Source of the DNA: Spirochaetaceae bacterium | GTDB lineage: Bacteria; Spirochaetota; Spirochaetia; DSM-2461 | Reading direction: 5' to 3' | Length of the DNA stretch: 64,000 nt | Assembly: GCA_051531975.1 (NCBI GenBank) | Contig: JAOPTT010000003.1 | Coordinates: 96,001-160,000, forward strand | Shown: positions 31,609 through 41,793 of the stretch, piece after piece | Layout of the letters: each line of letters starts with the position of its first letter | Numbering within the stretch: the first letter of the stretch is position 1 | Notes under the pieces: model-generated | The model's input: the letters and a program-made list of their open reading frames with translations, nothing else | Told to the model about the DNA's origin: nothing | Databases searched by the model: none | Translations under genes and position numbers: made by a program

Positions 31609-33021
31609 TTATCCTGGGAAGTTAAAGTATTTTAGGCTATTAGTATAACTTATATCACTAATCATTTCACCAAGTAAACTAAAATCCCTTGGAGCTTCAC
31701 CATTTTCTACCCAAGAACCAACAAGGTTACATAAGATACGTCTAAAATATTCATGTCTTGTATACGACAAAAAGCTTCTTGAATCGGTTAACATACCAAC
31801 AAACTGGGAAAGTACACCCATATTAGATAATGTCTCTAACTGTTTCTCCATTCCAGTTTTTTGATCATTGAACCACCAACCAGAACCAAACTGAATTTTA
31901 CCAGCAACAGAGCCATCTTGAAAGTTCCCTATCATCGTCCCAATAATATCGTTATCTGCAGGATTAAGAACATAGATAATGGTTCTAGGAAGTAAGTTAT
32001 TTTTATCTAATGAGTCTAAAAGTCTAGAAAGAGGAAGTGCAATATCACCACCACCAATAGAGTCAAAGCCTGTATCAGCTCCTAACTTTTTAAACATCCT
32101 AGAATTATTATTTCTTATTGCACCAATGTGTAACTGCATAGTCCAATTTTTCTCAAAGTTAAGTTTACCAAAAAATTGTAACAGCGCAGTGTTTAGCTGA
32201 GCATTCTGTTTAGCGGTTACACTATTATCAGTTAAAAGTTCAGATAAAATCTGATCTAACTCATCTTTTGTAAATGACTCATATTCAGGTATTCTAATTG
32301 CGTGGTCAGATAATCTACAACCCAACTCATGGAAAAACTGGTGTCTCTGGCCTAATGCAGCACAAAGAGAGTCGAAAGTAGTAATAATAATACCTGAAAC
32401 CTCTGATAGTTTTGTTAAATATTCAATATAAAGTTTAGGATCGTCGGTGGCCCCTGCTTTATCCGGTCTAAAGGTTGGATACATATTAAAACCTAAATCG
32501 TCTCTGTTTTTTAATGATTTATGATGTTCTAAACTATCGACAGGATCATCTGTTGTACAGATAACTTTAACTTCCATCTGCTTAATTATTCCCCATGCAG
32601 AGAACTCTGGATTTTTTAACTTTTCATTGGCCTCTTCCCATATTGAATCAGCTGTTTCACTGTTTAATAGTCGATCAGTTATTCCAAAAGGTCTTCTTAA
32701 CTCTAAATGAGTCCAGTGATATAGTGGGTTTCCAATAAGTTTAGGAACACATCCTGCCCACGCTTTAAACTTATCGTAATCGGAAGCATCACCAGTAATA
32801 TATTTCTCGTTAATACCTAAACTTCTCATGGCTCGCCACTTATAGTGGTCACCTTTTAACCAGATCTCAGTTAGGTTTTTAAACTGTTTATTTGAAGCCA
32901 CATCCTCTGGAATCAAGTGGCAGTGATAATCAATTATCGGTTGTTTTTTTGCATAATCGTGGTATAGAGTTTTTGCTGTATCTGAAAACAGTAAAAAATC
33001 TTCTGTTAAAAATGTACTCAT
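31609..33021 (-). CDS. uxaC: Uronate isomerase
   Basis: PIIDYHCHL, GDHYKWRAMR, GNPLYHWTHLEL, QFGSGWWFND, GMLTDSRSFLSYTRHEYFRR. Confidence 0.96.
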   Translation of the reverse strand: MSTFLTEDFLLFSDTAKTLYHDYAKKQPIIDYHCHLIPEDVASNKQFKNLTEIWLKGDHYKWRAMRSLGINEKYITGDASDYDKFKAWAGCVPKLIGNPLYHWTHLELRRPFGITDRLLNSETADSIWEEANEKLKNPEFSAWGIIKQMEVKVICTTDDPVDSLEHHKSLKNRDDLGFNMYPTFRPDKAGATDDPKLYIEYLTKLSEVSGIIITTFDSLCAALGQRHQFFHELGCRLSDHAIRIPEYESFTKDELDQILSELLTDNSVTAKQNAQLNTALLQFFGKLNFEKNWTMQLHIGAIRNNNSRMFKKLGADTGFDSIGGGDIALPLSRLLDSLDKNNLLPRTIIYVLNPADNDIIGTMIGNFQDGSVAGKIQFGSGWWFNDQKTGMEKQLETLSNMGVLSQFVGMLTDSRSFLSYTRHEYFRRILCNLVGSWVENGEAPRDFSLLGEMISDISYTNSLKYFNFPG

Positions 33022-33055
33022 ATATCTTTGCTCCTATGTTGTATTTGCGCTATAT

Positions 33056-34519
33056 CTAAAGTGTTACACCATCTTTAAAAATGGAAATTTCTCTATAATT
33101 GTTTCTCTCGTTTAATGTCTCTTTTCCAGATGATACTTCTAAAATGTAGTCTAAGAAGTTCTCTGAAAGAGTTTCCATGTCACCATCATCTACTAATGAA
33201 CCAGCGTTAAAATCAATCCAGTTACTTTTTCTTTCTGCTAAAGAGTTATTTGTTGATATTTTAACTGTTGGAACTGGCCCTCCAAGAGGAGTTCCTCGAC
33301 CTGTAGTAAATAATATTAAGTGAGCTCCTGCAGCTGTAAGATTTGTGACTGCTACAATGTCATTCCCAGGTCCATTTAATAAGTTAAGTCCCTTTTTAAT
33401 GGCTACTTCTCCATAATCTAGGACTTCCTGAACCTCTCTCTCGCCACCTTTTTGGATACAACCTAAAGATTTCTCTTCCAAAGTAGTAATTCCACCATCT
33501 TTGTTTCCAGGGGATGGGTTTTCGTATACTACCTGGTTATACCTTTGGAAATATTCTTTAAAGTTATTAACAAGGTTTACTGTCTTATCAAAAGTTTCAG
33601 AATCTTTAGCTCTATTCATTAAGATAGTTTCTGCACCAAACATCTCAGGAACTTCAGATAAAATAGATATACCACCCATATCGATAAGTCTATTTGAGAT
33701 CTGACCAACAAGAGGGTTAGCAGTAATTCCTGAGAGACCATCTGATCCACCACATTTTAATCCGATGGTAAGATTAGATATAGAAACTTTTTCCCTTTTG
33801 TCCTTAGAAGTAATCTCTTTTAAATCATCTATAATTTTTAAAGCGACCTCTTCTTCATCATTTACAGATTGAGTTTCTAAAAATCTAACTCTAGACTCAT
33901 CAAATTCCCCAAGGACCTTTTTGAACTCTTTAATATTGTTATTTTCACAACCTAGACCAAGAACTAATATTCCACCGGCGTTAGGATGTTTTACTAAGTT
34001 TTTAAGAATTAACTGAGTATTTTGATGGTCGGTCCCTAATTGGCTACATCCAAATGGGTGAACAAAAGTATAAACACCCTCCCCTGCCCTTTTAACTATA
34101 TTTTCAGCAGTCCTATTAATACAACCAACTGTGTTAATAATCCAGATTTCATTTCTAATACCAACTAAACCATTAGGTCTTTTATATCCCATAAAAAACT
34201 TGTCACTTTTTACAAACTTATCAGTAGTACTCTCTTTTAGATATTTGTACTCTAAAATACCATCTAAATTTGTTTTTACATTATGTGTATGTACTAAAGA
34301 ACCCTTTTTAATGTCTTGGATAGCATGGGCAATAGCAGAACCGTACTTAATAATTAGCTCTCCTATTAAAATGTCGTTTAATGCAAACTTATGTGCCTGG
34401 CCAATATCCTCTAACAGTGTAATATCTTTGTTACTCACAGTTACAACATCACCCTTAAATAGCGGTTCTAGTGCAACACCAACACTGTCTTTAGCATTAA
34501 TTTGTATAACTTTTTTCAT
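33056..34519 (-). CDS. uxaA: Altronate dehydratase
   Basis: SAF domain, HPFGCSQLG, GLKCGGSDGLSGITANP, NPSPGNKDGGITTLEEKSLG. Confidence 0.95.
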   Translation of the reverse strand: MKKVIQINAKDSVGVALEPLFKGDVVTVSNKDITLLEDIGQAHKFALNDILIGELIIKYGSAIAHAIQDIKKGSLVHTHNVKTNLDGILEYKYLKESTTDKFVKSDKFFMGYKRPNGLVGIRNEIWIINTVGCINRTAENIVKRAGEGVYTFVHPFGCSQLGTDHQNTQLILKNLVKHPNAGGILVLGLGCENNNIKEFKKVLGEFDESRVRFLETQSVNDEEEVALKIIDDLKEITSKDKREKVSISNLTIGLKCGGSDGLSGITANPLVGQISNRLIDMGGISILSEVPEMFGAETILMNRAKDSETFDKTVNLVNNFKEYFQRYNQVVYENPSPGNKDGGITTLEEKSLGCIQKGGEREVQEVLDYGEVAIKKGLNLLNGPGNDIVAVTNLTAAGAHLILFTTGRGTPLGGPVPTVKISTNNSLAERKSNWIDFNAGSLVDDGDMETLSENFLDYILEVSSGKETLNERNNYREISIFKDGVTL

Positions 34520-35964
34520 TATAGACTCTCCATTACAGGCTTTATTCCTTTAGATTCTATAGCATTAAAATATGTTGTAACCTTGTTATATAAAGAAGTA
34601 ACTTTAGTTAAATCCTGACCCCAAAAAGCCTCATTAGACAATATTGTATTTGTGAATTTCTTTCCTGAATCCTCAGAGCCATCAAAGTGATCATATGCAG
34701 ATGCAAAGAATTCAAGAACGTCATTATTGTCTTTTCCTAATGTTTTATAAAAGTGCATTAAAGAAGCTAAAGAGAATGATAATAACTCAGGAGCATCTCC
34801 ACTATTTAATTCGATATATTCTAAAACCGTAGGTAATACTCTAGCTCTATATTTTGAAACAGAGTTTAAAGATATTGCTAATAGCTCATGTTTAATAAAT
34901 GGATTTGCAAATCTTTCCATAACATCGTCTGCAAAGTCCTTAAGTTCTTTTTTATCAAAATCGACGCTTGGTATAATCTCAGAATTAACTGCTTTATCTA
35001 TAAAATTTCTAACTGTTTCATTTTTAAGACAATCACCAACTGTTTTTACTCCGTATAGGTATGCTGGAAGGCAAGTCATTGTATGAATTCCATTTAATAT
35101 TCTAACTTTTCTTGTTCTATATGGAGTCATATCATCTGTCCAGAGAACATTACATCCTTCTGTTTCAGCTATTGGGAATTCCGATGAATATTTTTTATCC
35201 CCTTCAATTACCCAAAGGTTAAATACTTCTGCAGTATCAATTAAGTTATCTGTATAACCAAATTCTTTTGTTAACTCATCTATTTCATCTTTAGGGTAAC
35301 CAGTTACAATTCTATCTACTAATGTATTTAAGAAATCACAAGAATCATCTAACCATTTTGTAAAGTCTGGATCTAATTTCCATTCAGAGGCTAATCTATA
35401 GACTATCTTTTTAAGGTTATCACCATTTCTGTCTATTAACTCACAAGGTATTATTATTAAACCTTTGTCTGCAGCACCTTTAAAAGTTGTAAACCTTCTA
35501 TATAAAATTGATGTTAATTTACCAGGATATGAAAGTTGTGGGGCATCGTTAATTGACTCACCTTCTCTATAAACAATTCCGGCTTCAGTTGTATTTGATA
35601 CAATAAACCTTAATTCAGGAAGATCTGCTGATTCTAAGAACTCCCCATGGTCCTTATATGGGTTAATACCTTTTTCAACTGCAGTAATAATCTCTTTTTC
35701 ATTAATTACTTTACCCTTCGATAATCCTCTACTTATTAAAGAATACAGACCATCCTGCTCATTTAACATAGGAATTAATCCACCATCTAAAGGTTGAATT
35801 ATTCTAACACTCCCATTAAATAGTCCCTTTCCATTTGTTTTGTTAATCATCCAGTCAACAAAACCTCTTAAAAAATTTCCTTCACCAAATTGTAATACTT
35901 TTACGGGGTACTCTTTTTTCTCTGCACCTGACAAAGCTTCTAAATTAGTTTTATTTAATTTCAT
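34519..35964 (-). CDS. uxaB: Tagaturonate reductase (altronate oxidoreductase)
   Basis: LQFGEGNFLRGFVDW, SNTTEAGI, PCELI, LVDRIVTGYP, RKVRILNG. Confidence 0.95.
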   Translation of the reverse strand: MKLNKTNLEALSGAEKKEYPVKVLQFGEGNFLRGFVDWMINKTNGKGLFNGSVRIIQPLDGGLIPMLNEQDGLYSLISRGLSKGKVINEKEIITAVEKGINPYKDHGEFLESADLPELRFIVSNTTEAGIVYREGESINDAPQLSYPGKLTSILYRRFTTFKGAADKGLIIIPCELIDRNGDNLKKIVYRLASEWKLDPDFTKWLDDSCDFLNTLVDRIVTGYPKDEIDELTKEFGYTDNLIDTAEVFNLWVIEGDKKYSSEFPIAETEGCNVLWTDDMTPYRTRKVRILNGIHTMTCLPAYLYGVKTVGDCLKNETVRNFIDKAVNSEIIPSVDFDKKELKDFADDVMERFANPFIKHELLAISLNSVSKYRARVLPTVLEYIELNSGDAPELLSFSLASLMHFYKTLGKDNNDVLEFFASAYDHFDGSEDSGKKFTNTILSNEAFWGQDLTKVTSLYNKVTTYFNAIESKGIKPVMESL

Positions 35965-35980
35965 ATCTATATTTCTCCTA

Positions 35981-36000
35981 AAATGTAACCGGTTACATTT
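35981..36000. promoter_or_regulatory. LacI-type operator, primary
   Basis: Perfect palindrome AAATGTAACCGGTTACATTT between a TTGCCA-N18-TATTAT promoter and the uxaB SD. Confidence 0.8.
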
Positions 36001-36055
36001 CTTGTTGACTCTATAATAGCACTAGAATTGATTTTTTGGCAACTTCTAAATTAGT

Positions 36056-36075
36056 AAATGTATGCGGTTTCATTT
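36056..36075. promoter_or_regulatory. LacI-type operator, auxiliary
   Basis: AAATGTATGCGGTTTCATTT, 17/20 identical to the primary operator and 75 bp away. Confidence 0.6.
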
Positions 36076-36084
36076 AAAAACTTA

Positions 36085-37194
36085 TTATATATCTTTCTGA
36101 AGATATGCTAAAAGAAACGGTGCGATACCTTTTGCTTCATTTGAGACGATGGGTTCTGACATATAATAATCAAAACTTCCATCTCTCTGGTCTTGCCCAC
36201 CTAAACCTGCAACTAAACATGTCCCCCCTAGATTCATATTTCCATCTTCTTCATATAGATATTTTTCACAGATACCATTAAATGCTTTTAGACCAAAAGG
36301 CCTGAACTTTTCTGAAATTATTCCTAAATTGACAGCCTTTAAAATTGCATAGGTTATTATACTAGAACCACTAGTTTCTAAATAATTCTGAGGTTCATCT
36401 GTCTTATCTACAACTTGAAACCACATTCCACTTTTATCCTGATATTTAAGAAGTGATATTATCAAATCCAATAAGATTTTAGAAACAAACTTGTGTAATT
36501 GTTCATCTTTGTCATCGACTATTTCTAAAATATCAACAAGAGCCATTAGAAACCATCCCTCTGCTCTTAACCAAAAGTTCTGAGATAATCCACTTATATC
36601 ATTAGACCAAAAGCTCTTTCGGCTTGAATCATATGCATGATAATACAGTCCACTTACATCATCTTTCATCACCGTAAAAACGACTTTTATCTGTTTCAAA
36701 ATATCTGGGTAATTTTTTTTATCATTAAATCTTTTATCATATTCTACATAAAATGGAAGTGCCATATATAAACCATCTAACCATACTTGGTTTGGGTATA
36801 TCTTCTTATGCCAAAAGTTCCCCTCCTTAGTTCTTGGTTGTAATTTAATCTGATTAAAAATTGTATCCATTGCTTTTCTATATTGTGTTTTACCAGTATT
36901 GTCATAAAGCTTAAATAGAGATCTAGCCTCATTTATATTATCTAAGTTGAACTCTTCAATCTTAAAAGTTCTAATATTTCCATCTTCATCTATAAAAAAA
37001 TCTATAAATTTTTCTACAAAATTTAAATATTTAATATTACAAGTTTTTTCATATAATGTTAAAAATGCAGTCATCATACAGCCATCTATATAGTTCCAAT
37101 GAGGCTCTTTATTTTGTCTTATCATCTCCTGATTCCATAAAGGTTTTTCAGGGGAACTATCATTTAAAAGTCTATTTATATATCTATCTATCAT
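36085..37194 (-). CDS. Unsaturated rhamnogalacturonyl hydrolase (GH105, YteR-like)
   Basis: WNYIDGCM, NLDNIN, GNFWHKKIYPNQVWLDGLYM, NYLETSGS, CLVAGLG. Confidence 0.9.
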   Translation of the reverse strand: MIDRYINRLLNDSSPEKPLWNQEMIRQNKEPHWNYIDGCMMTAFLTLYEKTCNIKYLNFVEKFIDFFIDEDGNIRTFKIEEFNLDNINEARSLFKLYDNTGKTQYRKAMDTIFNQIKLQPRTKEGNFWHKKIYPNQVWLDGLYMALPFYVEYDKRFNDKKNYPDILKQIKVVFTVMKDDVSGLYYHAYDSSRKSFWSNDISGLSQNFWLRAEGWFLMALVDILEIVDDKDEQLHKFVSKILLDLIISLLKYQDKSGMWFQVVDKTDEPQNYLETSGSSIITYAILKAVNLGIISEKFRPFGLKAFNGICEKYLYEEDGNMNLGGTCLVAGLGGQDQRDGSFDYYMSEPIVSNEAKGIAPFLLAYLQKDI

Positions 37195-38036
37195 ATTTTC
37201 CCTCCTATATGTTGTATAAATTTTAAACTCTGGGTTATTGTTTCAGGTCCACTATTTTCTAATAAAACATCGATATAAGGCCTGTGCTTTTTTATAAGGT
37301 TTAATAGAAGTTCATAATTAAGCAGCCCTTTCCCAGAAGGAATAGTTCCATCTTTTTTACCATCTTTAATAACATAATCTTTAACATGAATACTAACCAT
37401 TTTATGGGAAAAGAGTTCAAATGCTTCTTTCATTAAATCATCACTTTTATTTAGGTTATCGTTTGATAAAAAGTTAACAGGATCGTATATAATTCCTAGA
37501 TTTGGTGATGGAATATACTCTAAAACTCTCATCATTCGTTCATGATTGTGAATTACATGTTTATCTGCAACACCCTCGATTGCAACAATAATTCCAAACC
37601 TCTCTGCTACATCTACTAAAACCTTTATAGACTCTATAAAATCAATGAATGTTGTTTCTAAATATATATCCTCAGTGAATCCACAATTAGGAAGAGTAGA
37701 CCCTGTTTCTGTCCCTACAACTTTGCAACCAAAGCTACTTGCAAACTTTATATGGTCTATAAAACTATTTAAGTGTTCATTTCGAATATCTTTATCAGGA
37801 TGTACAGGATTAATATAACAACCTAAAACACTTATGTTTATATTGTTCATTTTAAATGTATCCCTAATATAATTCCCCATTCCTGGACTTAAAATTCCAT
37901 TTGTTTTATCTATTCCTAGAATTGCTTTTTTTAAAGCCAATTGGATGCTGTTAAATCCATAACCAGATAACTTATTAGAAAGATCAACAACGTTTCGTTT
38001 ACCAAAATCATGAGCTCTAACCCCAATATTAATCAT
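37191..38036 (-). CDS. Sugar phosphate isomerase/epimerase (xylose-isomerase-like TIM barrel)
   Basis: IGVRAHDFG, LGCYINPVHPD, VGTETG, IYDPVN, IHVKD. Confidence 0.85.
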   Translation of the reverse strand: MINIGVRAHDFGKRNVVDLSNKLSGYGFNSIQLALKKAILGIDKTNGILSPGMGNYIRDTFKMNNINISVLGCYINPVHPDKDIRNEHLNSFIDHIKFASSFGCKVVGTETGSTLPNCGFTEDIYLETTFIDFIESIKVLVDVAERFGIIVAIEGVADKHVIHNHERMMRVLEYIPSPNLGIIYDPVNFLSNDNLNKSDDLMKEAFELFSHKMVSIHVKDYVIKDGKKDGTIPSGKGLLNYELLLNLIKKHRPYIDVLLENSGPETITQSLKFIQHIGGKI

Positions 38037-39369
38037 TACAAATCCTTATAAAACTGTTGTTTATTTTAATATTTGAAGACTTAAAACCAGATATATTCTT
38101 TAAAAAAATATCATTTTCAGGCTGAGTATCAAAAAAATCCATAGCAGGTGTTGACTTAGACAGCTCTGAATCTGTTTTTATATTAAAGTTTCTAAGAGTT
38201 AAGTTCTTGATATAACTTTCTGGTAATCCGTAAAAAAATGCTGCAGAGGATCTAATATTTGTTGCAATAATATTTGAAACCGATATATTTTCAATTACAG
38301 GAGTTGCATCCTGTATAAACTCTTTTTCATCTGTAGATTTAAGATATTCTACCTGGTCCTTGGAGGCACCACATCTATAATACATATTCATTACTAATGG
38401 ACAAATAACATTATCCATCTTTAAATTATCAATATTAATATTTTTTATGGTCCCACCACGTTTTCTTCTTGTCTTAACTCTAATACCTCTATCAGTTCCT
38501 GCCATAACACAATCTCTTATATCTATATCATGAATCCCACCTGAAGTTTCTGAACCAATAACAATCCCGCCATGACCACTAAACATGGAACATCCTGAAA
38601 TTCTTACATCGTGTGTACTCTTACCAACCCTAATACCATCGGCATCCATCCCAGACTTTAGACATAAGCAGTCATCCCCAACATCAAAATGACAATCTGT
38701 AACATCTATAAATGAGCTCGAATCAATATCAAGTCCATCAGTATTTGGAGCATCATTTGGGCTCTCAAATATAACTTTTTTTAATCTAATATTATCGGAA
38801 TATAAAATATGTGTATTCCAGAATGCAGAATCTTTTAAAGTAACTCCCTCAATTAAAACATTATTGCAATTTTTTATCTGTATTAGTGAAGGTCTTAAAA
38901 AATCTGTATCTATACCACCACCACCTGAACCAGCATCTATATTTGCATTTAATGGACGTAATAGATTCTGGACCTTAATTACTTCGGAGGATAAAATACC
39001 ATTACGAATATTTTTATACTCAGCCCACCACTTCATTCCGAGACCATCAATTGTTCCTGCACCAGTTATTTTAACGTCAGTACAATTTACTGCAAATATC
39101 ATAGATCTTAATGCGTGACACTCCGTGCCTTCCCATCTTGTAAAAACAGACTCATAATCACTAAAATTATCACTAAATAATAGAATGGCTTCATCTTCTA
39201 AATGAAGCTCAATATTTGATTTTAAAATGATGGGTAAAGATTTATGTATACCGGTGTTTAATATAATTTTACCACCAAGTTTATTTGAACATTCATCAAT
39301 TGCAATTTGAATATCATTTGTAAATTCATTTTTATTATTTGCATCTATAAAAATTTTGATATTATTCAT
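38029..39369 (-). CDS. GH28 polygalacturonase (no signal peptide, probably a cytoplasmic exo-enzyme)
   Basis: PNTDG, GDD, GHGG, RVK catalytic motifs. ATG 39369 behind GGAGG. Confidence 0.92.
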   Translation of the reverse strand: MNNIKIFIDANNKNEFTNDIQIAIDECSNKLGGKIILNTGIHKSLPIILKSNIELHLEDEAILLFSDNFSDYESVFTRWEGTECHALRSMIFAVNCTDVKITGAGTIDGLGMKWWAEYKNIRNGILSSEVIKVQNLLRPLNANIDAGSGGGGIDTDFLRPSLIQIKNCNNVLIEGVTLKDSAFWNTHILYSDNIRLKKVIFESPNDAPNTDGLDIDSSSFIDVTDCHFDVGDDCLCLKSGMDADGIRVGKSTHDVRISGCSMFSGHGGIVIGSETSGGIHDIDIRDCVMAGTDRGIRVKTRRKRGGTIKNINIDNLKMDNVICPLVMNMYYRCGASKDQVEYLKSTDEKEFIQDATPVIENISVSNIIATNIRSSAAFFYGLPESYIKNLTLRNFNIKTDSELSKSTPAMDFFDTQPENDIFLKNISGFKSSNIKINNSFIRICND

Positions 39370-39378
39370 TAAACCTCC

Positions 39379-39409
39379 AAAAAATAGAAGCCGCAATTTG
39401 CGACTTCTA
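39379..39409 (-). terminator. Intrinsic terminator-like hairpin between the binding-protein gene and GH28
   Basis: Minus strand TAGAAGTCGC-AAATT-GCGGCTTCTA followed by TTTTTT, abutting the GH28 SD. Confidence 0.7.
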
Positions 39410-39432
39410 AAATGTTACTATTTTAATGTTTA

Positions 39433-40863
39433 TTATTTGTTTAATTCAGCTATAACTTCCTGAAGACCTAATGCATTAGCTTTCTTTTTATATTCTGCTA
39501 ATCCTTCCTCAATAGTCAAAGTTCCAACAATCATTTCTGCAAAAATCTCTTGCTTCAATGATAATATTTCTCCATTTCTTTTAGTAAACATAACATCACC
39601 TTCTGGTAAGAAAAGTTGAACACCATTATCTTTTTGAACTTTTTGTGATTGTGAAATAATAGTTGCAGGCTTAACTAGTGGTTCCCATCCATTCATAATT
39701 AGTGAAGGGTCAGAATATGCCTTAGTAACTAAAGCCTCTGGGTTAGAAGGTAGAGGTAACATAGAATGAACTCCATCTTTAATTTGGTAATGAAGACCCT
39801 CAACGCCGTAAGTAAACAATGTCTGACCCGCACCTTTATCTAACATTGTATTAACAACGCTATCAAAAATAACCTCGGGATTTTTTGCTCCAGAAGTAAT
39901 TGCAAAAACGGGTCCAACTCTATTGATGTAATAAGCATTTTCAATTGGTTCTAATGCTGAAATTACTGCTTTAGGGTTTTGTGCCTTAGCTCTATCATCA
40001 AATCTTTGAGCCCAGATTCCTGACCAATACTCCATAACACCAGACTGACCAGAAATTACTTTACTTCTAGCTGTTGATGTTTTATTAGTAAAAAATTCAT
40101 TATCAAGTATTCCTTCGTCATATAAACTTTTAATTCTTGCTACAGCATTAAACATTGCAGGTTGTGTAAAACCATCAACCCATTTAGAACCTTTTCGATC
40201 CCAACCAAACCAAGCATCTTGCATTAACATTCTATTGTAATAGTCAAACTCATATCCTGTTTGGAATGGTAAAGTAATACCTACAGTATCATTTTTACCA
40301 TTTCCATCGGGATCATCAAATGTAAATGCTTTTAATACTTTGTAATATTCATCCCAGTTTTTAGGTGCTTTTAAGCCAAGGTTATCAAGCCAGTCCTGTC
40401 TAATATATGTAACACACCCTCCACCGTTATACATTGGTACAGCATAGATATGTCCATCATTTAGTCTATATGCTTCAAGCAGATCTTTGTCCACACTTTT
40501 TAAAACATCTGAAGAGTCAATATAATCTTCAATTGGTAATAAGTTCCCAGATTTTGCAAATGCTAAATAATCATTTGTTTGTAACTCAAGGATATCTGGT
40601 GCATCTCCTGCAGCAAACATTGTTGATACAATCTGAGAATATTGATTATGTGCAGGTTGAGTAACATCAATCGTTGTTCCTGTTAACTCATTAAACTTGT
40701 TAACCCATTCGTCTCTTCCATCTTCAGCTAATATTATACGGTCAAAAACTGCTGTAAATTTCACATTTTCACCATTTGCTGATTCCTCTTTATTACCTTC
40801 AGCACTTAATACCACTGGTAATAAAACTAATAAAACCATAACTAACCATGTTTTAGATTTCAT
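39433..40863 (-). CDS. ABC transporter substrate-binding protein (pectic oligosaccharides)
   Basis: Signal peptide + AEGNKEES, YIRQDWLDNLGLKAPKNWDE, DPDGNGKNDT. Confidence 0.88.
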   Translation of the reverse strand: MKSKTWLVMVLLVLLPVVLSAEGNKEESANGENVKFTAVFDRIILAEDGRDEWVNKFNELTGTTIDVTQPAHNQYSQIVSTMFAAGDAPDILELQTNDYLAFAKSGNLLPIEDYIDSSDVLKSVDKDLLEAYRLNDGHIYAVPMYNGGGCVTYIRQDWLDNLGLKAPKNWDEYYKVLKAFTFDDPDGNGKNDTVGITLPFQTGYEFDYYNRMLMQDAWFGWDRKGSKWVDGFTQPAMFNAVARIKSLYDEGILDNEFFTNKTSTARSKVISGQSGVMEYWSGIWAQRFDDRAKAQNPKAVISALEPIENAYYINRVGPVFAITSGAKNPEVIFDSVVNTMLDKGAGQTLFTYGVEGLHYQIKDGVHSMLPLPSNPEALVTKAYSDPSLIMNGWEPLVKPATIISQSQKVQKDNGVQLFLPEGDVMFTKRNGEILSLKQEIFAEMIVGTLTIEEGLAEYKKKANALGLQEVIAELNK

Positions 40864-40910
40864 AAAATCCTCCATTTTTCTTTCCAGACCATAAGATCCG
40901 GTTTATTAAA

Positions 40911-41783
40911 TTATCCCTTAACTCCGCCTAAATTTACCCCTTTAACAAAATGCTTTTGAACAAATGGGTATAGGATGAGAACAGGTATAATAGATACTGT
41001 AATTGCTGAGTTTTTTAGACTCTGGGTTCCGAAGGAAAAACCTTCCATTCCCTGGGTATCAGATTCCATAACAAGACTTCTTAAGAAAACTTGAAAATTG
41101 TGGAACTCTGGTTTTGTTTGAATATAAAGAATGTAGTCAAAAAATTGATTCCAGAAAAATACTACATAAAAAAGACCAATTGCTGATAATCCTGCTTTTG
41201 ACAGAGGTAATACTATCCGTAGAAATGTCTGAAGAGGTGAACAACCATCAATCTCTGCAGCATCAAAAATACTTGATGGGATGCCTTCAAAGAAGTTTTT
41301 TAATAATATTAAGTAGTAAGCATCCATAGCATGAACAAGTAATACTGAAAAAATAGAGTTCATAAGCCCTAAATTTCTAACCACTAAAAATAGTGGAATC
41401 ATACCAGCTCTAAACACCATTGTTATAAGTGCAATATTTAATAGAAACTTTCTACCTGGAAGTCCTTTTTGTGCTAATCCATAAGCGTACAAAGATGTAA
41501 CTGTCATTGAAATAATAGTTCCTAAAATTGTTGTTATGAAACTGATAACTAAAGGTCTTAAAATTGCAGGCCTACTAATAATTAACTTATATGCATCTAC
41601 TGAAAATTTAGCAGGTATTAATCTAAAGATTGTTTCAGATGCTTTACTATCAAATGAATCAATAACAATTTTTAATAAAGGAATCATTATTGTTATTACG
41701 ATTAATACCATAATGGTAACATTTACTATTTTAAAAATATTGTATGAAATTGAATCATGATGTAACGATTTATTCTTAGCCAT
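40911..41783 (-). CDS. Carbohydrate ABC transporter permease (YtcP/LplC type)
   Basis: DAAEIDGCS EAA loop, YPFVQKHFVKGVNLGGVKG. Confidence 0.92.
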   Translation of the reverse strand: MAKNKSLHHDSISYNIFKIVNVTIMVLIVITIMIPLLKIVIDSFDSKASETIFRLIPAKFSVDAYKLIISRPAILRPLVISFITTILGTIISMTVTSLYAYGLAQKGLPGRKFLLNIALITMVFRAGMIPLFLVVRNLGLMNSIFSVLLVHAMDAYYLILLKNFFEGIPSSIFDAAEIDGCSPLQTFLRIVLPLSKAGLSAIGLFYVVFFWNQFFDYILYIQTKPEFHNFQVFLRSLVMESDTQGMEGFSFGTQSLKNSAITVSIIPVLILYPFVQKHFVKGVNLGGVKG

Positions 41784-41793
41784 TAATTCTCTC

